From Gammaproteobacteria bacterium (GTDB lineage Bacteria > Pseudomonadota > Gammaproteobacteria > JABABF01): a DNA stretch of 64,000 nt. The DNA lies in NCBI GenBank assembly GCA_965237805.1, contig OZ250153.1, forward strand, positions 1,408,001 through 1,472,000. The letters run 5' to 3'. Under the pieces are notes generated by a model that worked only from the letters and a program-made list of their open reading frames with translations, was not told the DNA's origin and made no database searches. A program made the position numbers and the translations under genes. This document shows, one piece after another, positions 57,360-64,000 of the stretch (position 1 is its first letter; every line of letters starts with the position of its first letter).

Positions 57360-58220
57360 TCAGGCTGCGCACCCTAAGCTCAACCGTTCCAAGCCCGCCA
57401 AGTCGCGCAGTGTCGCCACTTCGCGGCAGCCTTGCGCACCCAGTAGCTGGCGCAGCTCGGCACCCTGCCACGGGGCGTGTTCGAGTATCAGCCAGCCGCC
57501 ACTGGCGAGTCGCGGCGGCAACTCCCGCGCCAGTCGGCGCAGGGCTGCCATGCCGCCCGCTCCTGCCGCCAGTGCGCCGCGCGGCTCGCAGTTCAGTGGT
57601 GCCCGCTCGAGGCACGGGTCGTCGCTATCCACATAGGGTGGGTTGGCGAGCAGTAAATCGAAGTGCTGCCGAGCCAGTGCGGCACCCCAGTCCGCCCGCA
57701 CCAGCTGTACATTCTGACAGCGCAGCTGGTGGCGGTTGCCCTGTGCCACGGCTAGGGCATCGGCACAGCGTTCGATGGCGAGGATGCGCCATTCGGGGCG
57801 CTCTAGCGCCAGCGCCAAAGCGATGGCACCGCTGCCGGTGCCGAGTTCGGCGCATCGTGCGCGCCGCACCGTCACCCGCTCCAGCGCTGCCTCCACCAGC
57901 AACTCGCTCTCGGGTCTGGGTACCAAGACGCGTCGATCCACCGCCAGTTGCAAGGTCCAAAAGCCCTGCCAGCCGCGCAGATAGGCCAGTGGCACGCCGC
58001 GCCGCCGGGCGGCGCTCAGCGCGCGGTAACGTCGCGTTGCGTCGGCGTTGGCCAGCTGCTCCGGGTGGGCGTACAGCTGGCCGTGGGAGCAGTCGAGGCA
58101 GTGTGCCAGTAACAGTTCGGCATCGAGGCGCGCTAGCCCCTCGGCGGTGTTGATCAAGCTGGTGACAGTGTTAGCTCCCCCACCGAGTGGCGCAGCTCGC
58201 GCCGCACCGCGAGTGTCCAC
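57360..58220 (-). CDS. prmC: Release factor glutamine methyltransferase
   Basis: PLAYLRG, VLVPRPESELLVE, LGTGSGAIA, NPPY, DLAGLER. Confidence 0.95.
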   Translation of the reverse strand: MDTRGAARAAPLGGGANTVTSLINTAEGLARLDAELLLAHCLDCSHGQLYAHPEQLANADATRRYRALSAARRRGVPLAYLRGWQGFWTLQLAVDRRVLVPRPESELLVEAALERVTVRRARCAELGTGSGAIALALALERPEWRILAIERCADALAVAQGNRHQLRCQNVQLVRADWGAALARQHFDLLLANPPYVDSDDPCLERAPLNCEPRGALAAGAGGMAALRRLARELPPRLASGGWLILEHAPWQGAELRQLLGAQGCREVATLRDLAGLERLSLGCAA

Positions 58221-58225
58221 GGTGC

Positions 58226-59440
58226 TCAGCCCGGCTCGGCGGGTGCCGCCGGGAAGCGCTCGGCAATGATGCGCACGATGGTGGCGGCCAGTTGGGTCTT
58301 GGCGGCGCGCGGCAGTGCCTGCTCGCCGTCGCGGTGCAACAGCAGCACCTCGTTGTCTTCGCTACCGAAGCCGATACCGGGTTTGGAGACATCGTTGGCG
58401 ACGACCATATCCAGTTTTTTTTGTACCAGCTTGCGCCGTCCGCTGGCGGCCGCATCGCCGGTCTCGGCGGCGAAACCGACGAGGAAAGGAGGATCGCGCC
58501 ACGCTGCAGCCGCCGCTAACACATCCGGGGTGGGCTCCAGCGATAGAGGTGGTGGCCCCGCGGATCGGGACATCTTCTGCTCGGCTGTGTGCGTCGCACG
58601 GAAGTCGGCCACTGCCGCCGCCGCGACGAATAGCTGGCAGTCCGGCAGTTGGCTCTGCACTGCTTGCAGCATTTCTTCGGCGCTCTCCACATCGATGCGC
58701 CGCACGCGCTCGGGTGTTGCCAAGGCGACCGGCCCCGCCACCAAGCAGACATCGGCTCCGACATCCCGCAGTGCAGCGGCCATGGCAAAACCCATGCGTC
58801 CGGAGCTGCGGTTGCCGAGGTAGCGCACTGGATCCAATGCTTCCCAGCTCGGCCCGGCTGTGACTACCGTACGTACCCCTTCCAACAGGCGCGGGCTGAA
58901 CATAGCGACGACTGCGGCGAGTATTTCCACTGGTTCCAACATCCGTCCAGGGCCGTCGTCGCCGCAGGCCTGATCGCCGCTGCTGGGACCGAGCAGCGCG
59001 ACGCCGCGCTCCGCCAGCCGGGTGCAGTTGTGCTGGGTGGCCGGGTGGCGCCACATGCCCTGATTCATCGCCGGAGCAAGTGCCAGTGGTGCTGCGGTGG
59101 CGAGGCATAGTGCCGATAGCAGATCGTCGGCACGGCCTTGGCTGAGCCGCGCGATACAGTCGGCGCTGGCCGGGGCGATCAGCACCAGATCCGCCCACCG
59201 GGCCAGTTCGATATGCCCCATGCCAGCTTCGCCCACCGGATCCATCAATTCGCACCGCACCGCTTGGCCGGACAGCGCCTGCAAGCTGAGCGGGGTGATA
59301 AAAGCCGTGGCGCGTTCGGTCATTACCACTCGCACATCGGCACCATCGCGGCGCAGCAGGCGACACAGCTCCGCCGCCTTGTAGGCAGCGATGCCGCCGC
59401 TGATACCGAGCAGGATGTGTCGCTTGGTTAAATTAGGCAT
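58226..59440 (-). CDS. coaBC: Phosphopantothenoylcysteine decarboxylase/synthase
   Basis: GGIAAYKA, HIELARWAD, APAMN, ACGDDGPGRM, TAGP, NRSSGRMG, AAVADF, GFAAET. Confidence 0.97.
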   Translation of the reverse strand: MPNLTKRHILLGISGGIAAYKAAELCRLLRRDGADVRVVMTERATAFITPLSLQALSGQAVRCELMDPVGEAGMGHIELARWADLVLIAPASADCIARLSQGRADDLLSALCLATAAPLALAPAMNQGMWRHPATQHNCTRLAERGVALLGPSSGDQACGDDGPGRMLEPVEILAAVVAMFSPRLLEGVRTVVTAGPSWEALDPVRYLGNRSSGRMGFAMAAALRDVGADVCLVAGPVALATPERVRRIDVESAEEMLQAVQSQLPDCQLFVAAAAVADFRATHTAEQKMSRSAGPPPLSLEPTPDVLAAAAAWRDPPFLVGFAAETGDAAASGRRKLVQKKLDMVVANDVSKPGIGFGSEDNEVLLLHRDGEQALPRAAKTQLAATIVRIIAERFPAAPAEPG

Positions 59441-59493
59441 CGCTTCTAGCAATTTGAACAGTGCGCAGGCACCCCGAACATCCTATTATCCCC

Positions 59494-59521
59494 GCTGTGA
59501 ACATGCTGTGAACATGCTGTG
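59494..59521. repeat. 11-bp tandem direct repeat (about 2.5 copies) in the coaBC/radC divergent promoter
   Basis: GCTGTGAACAT GCTGTGAACAT GCTGTG. Confidence 0.8.
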
Positions 59522-60217
59522 GAGATGCTGGTGCAAGCTTTCAAGATTCGCGACTGGCCCGTCGGTGACCGACCGCAGGAGAAACTGATCAGACAGGGTG
59601 CTGCTACGCTGAGCGATGCCGAGTTGCTGGCCGTGTTCTTGCGCACCGGCACCCGCGGTGCCGATGTGCTGCGGCTGGCGCAGGAAGCCTTGATTCGGCT
59701 CGGCGGTCTGCGCACCCTATTGCGCGCCGACCGCGTCACTTTCACTGCCATTCCTGGCTTGGGCGATGCCCGCTACGCACAATTGCAGGCGGCACTGGAG
59801 TTGGGGCGTCGTGCCCTGTTGGAGCCGCTGCGCCGCCGCGGTTCGGCATTGACTAATCCCGAACTGGCACAGGACTATGTGCGCTCGCGCTTACGCGACC
59901 GGCGCCGCGAGGTGTTTCTGTGCCTCTATCTGGACACGCGCCACGCGGTGTTGGACTGCGAAGAGTTGTTCGAGGGCACCTTGGACAGCGCCTGCGTCTA
60001 TCCGCGGGAGGTGCTGGAAGCCTGCCTGCGGCACAGCGCGGCGGCGGTCATCTTTGCCCACAACCACCCCTCCGGCGTGGCCGAGCCCAGCGAGGCCGAC
60101 CGCCGCATCACCGAAGTGCTGGTCAAAGCACTGGAATTGGTCGATATCCGGGTGCTGGATCATCTCGTGGTCGGCGATGGCGAGGTGGTGTCCTTCGCCG
60201 AGCGCGGCCTGCTCTGA
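59519..60217 (+). CDS. radC: RadC/JAB-domain protein
   Basis: [36 protein letters not shown]; canonical coaBC/radC/rpmB context. Confidence 0.95.
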   Translation: MEMLVQAFKIRDWPVGDRPQEKLIRQGAATLSDAELLAVFLRTGTRGADVLRLAQEALIRLGGLRTLLRADRVTFTAIPGLGDARYAQLQAALELGRRALLEPLRRRGSALTNPELAQDYVRSRLRDRRREVFLCLYLDTRHAVLDCEELFEGTLDSACVYPREVLEACLRHSAAAVIFAHNHPSGVAEPSEADRRITEVLVKALELVDIRVLDHLVVGDGEVVSFAERGLL

Positions 60218-60253
60218 GCGGGCGGCTACGCCCTTTGCCAGCCTGCGCCCATC

Positions 60254-60282
60254 TTGCTAAACCGCCTCTCGCCCCATACAAT
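60254..60282 (+). promoter_or_regulatory. Sigma70 promoter of rpmB-rpmG
   Basis: TTGCTA (60254-60259), 17 bp, TACAAT (60277-60282). Confidence 0.7.
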
Positions 60283-60320
60283 AACGCCCACCACGCCATT
60301 CGGGAGCGTGAGAGGGGGCG

Positions 60321-60569
60321 ATGATGAGTCGCAGATGCGAGGTGACGGGACGCGGGCCGATGAGCGGCAACAATGTTTCCCACGCCCACAATAAGACTAG
60401 GCGGCGTTTTCTGCCGAATCTGCACTCGCGCCGTTTCTGGTCGCCGGAGCGTAAGAGCTATGTGCGGCTCAAGGTCTCCGTGCGTGGCATCCGGCTCATC
60501 GACCGCCTTGGCATCGACCGAGTGCTGGCCGATATCGCGGCCCGCAAGCGCCGTAGCGCCCGCAGCTGA
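60321..60569 (+). CDS. rpmB: 50S ribosomal protein L28
   Basis: [28 protein letters not shown]. Confidence 0.97.
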   Translation: MMSRRCEVTGRGPMSGNNVSHAHNKTRRRFLPNLHSRRFWSPERKSYVRLKVSVRGIRLIDRLGIDRVLADIAARKRRSARS

Positions 60570-60589
60570 GTTCCGGGGGGACCAGAGCG

Positions 60590-60744
60590 ATGCGAGAGAA
60601 GGTCAAGTTAGAATCCACGGCCGGTACCGGCCACTTCCGCACCACGCGCAAAAGCGCCCCAATCCGAGTGGCAAATTGGAGCTGAAGAAATACGATCCCG
60701 TGGCGCGCAAGCATGTGCCCTACGTGGAGAAGAAGCTGAAATAG
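60590..60744 (+). CDS. rpmG: 50S ribosomal protein L33, with apparent 1-bp frameshift
   Basis: MREKVKLESTAGTGHFRTTRK, then a frame change in the A-run at 60650-60653, then KRPNPSGKLELKKYDPVARKHVPYVEKKLK. Confidence 0.92.
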
Positions 60745-60805
60745 GCTGCTGACGCTGCTCCGCACCCTGTCGGCAAGCAGCGGCCCTACTCAGGCCCCCG
60801 ATATC

Positions 60806-61630
60806 ATGCCGGAGTTGCCGGAGGTCGAGACCACCCGCCGCGGCATCGCGCCGCATATTATTGGTCGCCGCATCGATGCTGTCGTCGTTCGTGTGCCGCG
60901 TCTGCGCTTCGAGCTGCCGCCCCGCCTCGCCGACCAGCTGTGCGGGAAACGCGTGCGCGCAGTGCGTCGCCGCGCCAAATATCTGCTCATCGATATCGCT
61001 GATGGCACGTTGTTGCTGCACCTCGGCATGTCGGGCAGCTTGCGCGTGTTGCGCCGTCCCCATGCGCCGCCCGGCCCGCACGATCACTTCGAGCTGCACT
61101 GCTCCGGCGGCTGCCTGTTGCGACTCAACGACCCGCGCCGCTTCGGCGCGGTGCTGTGGTTGGCTGATGCCGCCGCCGAGCACGACTGCGCTCTGCTCCG
61201 CTCCCTCGGCCCGGAGCCGCTGTCGGCGGCGCTGGATGGTGATTATCTGTACCGCTGTAGCCGCGGGCGCCGCAGCGCGGTTAAAGCCCTGCTGATGGAT
61301 GGCCGCATCGTCTCTGGCCTCGGCAATATCTATGCCGCCGAGGTGCTATTCGCAGCTGGCATCGACCCGCACCGTGCGTCCGGGCGTATCTCCGCTCGGC
61401 GCTATATCGTGCTGTCAGCGGCCATCAAACGTGTGCTGCGCCGAGCCATCACTCATGGTGGTACCACCTTGCGCGATTTCACCGCCGCCGATGGCCGACC
61501 GGGCTATTTCCGCACCCAGCTGGCAGTCTACGGACGCGGTGGGCGGCCCTGTCTGCGCTGTGGTGGCGCGTTGCGTGCCTCGCGCTTGGGTCAGCGCAGC
61601 ACGGTGCACTGCCCCAGCTGTCAGCGCTGA
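60806..61630 (+). CDS. mutM: Formamidopyrimidine-DNA glycosylase
   Basis: MPELPEVET, RRAKYL, HLGMSG, GLGNIYA, C-terminal zinc finger. Confidence 0.98.
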   Translation: MPELPEVETTRRGIAPHIIGRRIDAVVVRVPRLRFELPPRLADQLCGKRVRAVRRRAKYLLIDIADGTLLLHLGMSGSLRVLRRPHAPPGPHDHFELHCSGGCLLRLNDPRRFGAVLWLADAAAEHDCALLRSLGPEPLSAALDGDYLYRCSRGRRSAVKALLMDGRIVSGLGNIYAAEVLFAAGIDPHRASGRISARRYIVLSAAIKRVLRRAITHGGTTLRDFTAADGRPGYFRTQLAVYGRGGRPCLRCGGALRASRLGQRSTVHCPSCQR

Positions 61631-61678
61631 GCCCGCAGCGCCGCTCAGCCCCCCGCCGCGAGACCCTCGCGGCGGGGG
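61626..61678. terminator. Tandem hairpins at the convergent mutM/ggt junction
   Basis: GCTGAGC/GCTCAGC (61626-61649) and the perfect 13-bp stem CCCCCGCCGCGAG-ACC-CTCGCGGCGGGGG (61650-61678); no U-tract. Confidence 0.5.
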
Positions 61679-63549
61679 TCGGCGACTCCCTTGATGCCCC
61701 ACGGCGTGATCTCCACCGCGTGTATTCCGCTGTTGTGTACCCGCCGCTTGGGCTTGTGCCCCAACTGCCGCAATGCTGCTTCGGGGTCGACCGGCCACTT
61801 GCCTCCCTCTTCCAATTCCAAGCTGCCGCCGATATGCACGAGGTGCGGCAGCTCGATCGCCCGCTCCAGTGGCAGCTGGGTGCCCGGTGGCTGGCCGTTC
61901 CAGCCACGGGCTTTGGCCTCTGCTCCGACGGCGCGAACCCTGACTTGCTCGCTTTTCCAGAAGTTCTCGCTTTCCTGCCGCGTCGGCGCCTGTCCCAAGT
62001 AGCGCCATAGCAGCTGCGCCACATAGGGGATGATGCGTGCGCCGCCGGGCGATCCCAGGGCCAGTATTGGCTGTCCGCGCTGGTCGAAGACGATGGTCGG
62101 TGCCATCGAGCTGCGCGGGCGCTTGCCAGCGGCGGGGCGGTTGGCGATCAGCACGCCCTGCGAGTCGCGGGGGCGGAACGAGAAATCGCTCAGTTGGTTG
62201 TTGAGCAGAAAGCCGCGCACCATCAGTCGGGCACCAAAGGCGGACTCGATGCTACTCGTCATACTCAGCACATTGCCGTAGCGATCGACCAGTGTCATAT
62301 GGGTGGTGGAGGGGCGCTCCGGGGAGCGTCCCGGGCGGCGTTGCCAGCGTCGCTTTCCCGGCTCGCCAGCGGTGACTTCCTCGGCGCGCAGCGCCCGCTT
62401 GGCTGTGATCAACTGCGCGCGCTGTCCCAAGTAGCCCGGCGCCAGCATGCCTGCCATTGGTATCTCGACATAGTCGGGATCGGCAATGTAGGCATTGCGA
62501 TCGGCAAAGCTGAGCCGTGTGGCCTCGGCGAACAGATGGAGCCCAGCGGCGCTATCCGGAGCCGTCTTCGGCCACTTGCCGCGCTCGGCATGGTCGAGCA
62601 GACCCAATATCTCCAGCACGGTGCTGCCGCCAGAGGAGGGTGGCGGCATGCCGCATACCCGGTAGTTGCGGAATGGGCCGCACAGAGCTATGCGCTCGCG
62701 CACCCGGTAGCGGCGCAAGTCTTGGTGGCTCAGCAGGCCGGGGCGGATGGGGTCTCGCTGCACTGCCTTGGCGATGTCCCGACCCATCCTGCCATGATAA
62801 AAAGGATTGATGCCGCTACGGGCCAAAGCACGCAGTGTGCGGGCGTATTCCGGGTTGCGCAAGCGGTGCCCTACCGGCCATGGCTCGCCATCGGCATCGA
62901 GCAGCCAAGCTGCCAGCGACGGGTGGCGGTCGATGCCGGGGGTATTGCGCAACAGCGTGTGCAGGCGCGGCGAGAGATCGAAACCTCGCTTGGCCAGCCG
63001 CGCTGCATCTTGGAACAGCCGCGGCCACACCAAGCGACCGTGTCGGCGGTGCAGCTCCGCCAGCAAGGCTGGCACGCCAGGCACCCCCACCGCATGGCCG
63101 CCGATCACGGCGTCGAGAAAGGCCATCGGCTCGCCATTTGGCAACAGGAAGTGGTTCTCCGGCAGCTGTCTCGGTGCCCGCTCCCGCCCATCCAGCGCGC
63201 TCAGCTGCTTGCGCTGTTGATCCCAGTAGAGCAGGAAAGCGCCGCCGCCAAGTCCAGAGGATTGTGGTTCCACTAGCCCCAGCACCAGCTGCGCGGCGAT
63301 GGCGGCGTCGGCCGCGCTGCCGCCCACTGCCAAAATCCGCTGGGCGACTCGCGTGGCGTGCGGGTTGGCGGTCACCGCCATGTAGTTCTGAGCGTAGGCG
63401 CGCTGGGCGCTCTGAGCGCTCTGGGTACTGTTGTCGACGCGCTCAGGGACATGGCTGTCCGTCACGGCCCAGGCGGCTGGTGACAGGGTGGCGTACAGCG
63501 CCGCCGCCAGCAATTGTCGCCGTCCCCACTCGGCGATCTGGGCGCTCAC
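61645..63549 (-). CDS. ggt: Gamma-glutamyltransferase
   Basis: LVEPQSSGLGGG, DGRERAP, PPPSSGG, autocleavage STTH, LNNQLSDF, KRPRSSMAP, GSPGG, ADPRREG. Confidence 0.95.
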   Translation of the reverse strand: MSAQIAEWGRRQLLAAALYATLSPAAWAVTDSHVPERVDNSTQSAQSAQRAYAQNYMAVTANPHATRVAQRILAVGGSAADAAIAAQLVLGLVEPQSSGLGGGAFLLYWDQQRKQLSALDGRERAPRQLPENHFLLPNGEPMAFLDAVIGGHAVGVPGVPALLAELHRRHGRLVWPRLFQDAARLAKRGFDLSPRLHTLLRNTPGIDRHPSLAAWLLDADGEPWPVGHRLRNPEYARTLRALARSGINPFYHGRMGRDIAKAVQRDPIRPGLLSHQDLRRYRVRERIALCGPFRNYRVCGMPPPSSGGSTVLEILGLLDHAERGKWPKTAPDSAAGLHLFAEATRLSFADRNAYIADPDYVEIPMAGMLAPGYLGQRAQLITAKRALRAEEVTAGEPGKRRWQRRPGRSPERPSTTHMTLVDRYGNVLSMTSSIESAFGARLMVRGFLLNNQLSDFSFRPRDSQGVLIANRPAAGKRPRSSMAPTIVFDQRGQPILALGSPGGARIIPYVAQLLWRYLGQAPTRQESENFWKSEQVRVRAVGAEAKARGWNGQPPGTQLPLERAIELPHLVHIGGSLELEEGGKWPVDPEAALRQLGHKPKRRVHNSGIHAVEITPWGIKGVADPRREGLAAGG

Positions 63550-64000
63550 TGTGGGGCTGCTTTCTCGCCGACCGGATCGAAGTGTTGGCGCAGTGCGGCG
63601 GCGACGCCGGGTGGCACAAAGGGGGAGACATCGCCGTGCAGCGCGGCGATCTCGCGCACCAGCGAGGAGGAGATATAGGAGAGGCGGTTGGTGGGGGGTA
63701 GGAAAATGGTTTCCAGCGGGGCTAATTCACGGTTCATGGTCGCCAGTTGCAACTCGTGCTCGAAGTCCGAGACCATGCGCAGGCCGCGCACGACGACCAT
63801 CGCTTTTTTCTGTACTGCGAAGCGGGTCAGCAGCACATTGAAGCCGCAGATTTCGACACCGTCACCTAGCGGGGAGAGCGCTTCCTGCGCCAGCGCAATG
63901 CGCTGTTCAAGATCGAAGAGCGGCGCTTTCTGGAGGTTTTGGGCGACGGCGAAGATGACATGGTCGAACAGCTTGATGGAGCGCTCGACCATATCCACAT
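63546..64000 (-). CDS. coaD: Phosphopantetheine adenylyltransferase (5'-truncated by window edge)
   Basis: VRGLRMVSDFEHE, ETIFL, ISSSLVREIA, GDVSPFVP. Confidence 0.96.
   Translation of the reverse strand, partial: VDMVERSIKLFDHVIFAVAQNLQKAPLFDLEQRIALAQEALSPLGDGVEICGFNVLLTRFAVQKKAMVVVRGLRMVSDFEHELQLATMNRELAPLETIFLPPTNRLSYISSSLVREIAALHGDVSPFVPPGVAAALRQHFDPVGEKAAPQ

Noticed and set aside
59519-60217. radC as a mobile-element or anti-defence JAB gene
   Set aside because: Full-length form in the canonical coaBC/radC/rpmB-rpmG-mutM chromosomal context.
1-64000. CRISPR arrays, rRNA, transposases, integrases, prophage genes
   Set aside because: None seen: no regularly spaced repeats, and the intergenic gaps are too short and accounted for.

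Overview
A GC-rich Gammaproteobacteria-type chromosomal window, mostly housekeeping genes: recQ, tsaB-uppP-trpS, queA-tgt, metG, glyA-ribD-ribE-ribB-ribH-nusB-thiL-pgpA, proA-nadD-rsfS-mltB-dacA-lipB-lipA, feoAB, miaB-phoH-ybeY-corC-lnt-leuS-lptE-holA, aroQ-accB-accC-fis-purH-purD-coq7, coaBC-prmC-moeB, radC-rpmB-rpmG-mutM, coaD-ggt. There is one tRNA-Leu(CAA), and it lies antisense inside the reading frame leading into queA. The accessory parts are: (i) a four-gene operon at 12.1-17.0 kb (multi-TM MotA/TolQ/ExbB protein, two ExbD-like proteins, and a membrane-anchored protein with two non-catalytic FGE/SUMF1 domains), which looks like an uncharacterised ion-driven envelope machine; (ii) an AT-rich two-gene insert splitting lptE and holA (ABC/AAA ATPase plus PD-(D/E)XK-like nuclease), a candidate defence system; (iii) a very basic histone-like protein with two AT-hooks, behind a strong promoter and a structured leader; (iv) a GT10 fucosyltransferase-like gene with an altered donor motif; (v) an ACAD10/11-like catabolic cluster. 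Several conserved operons lack their usual members (rlmH-mrdA-rodA, rlpA, nrdR, prmA-dusB, dut), which suggests streamlining or rearrangement. Three apparent 1-bp deletions (holA, rpmG, ATPase C-terminus) are most simply assembly errors. All calls come from motif recognition by eye; no database searches were run, and start codons are best estimates.
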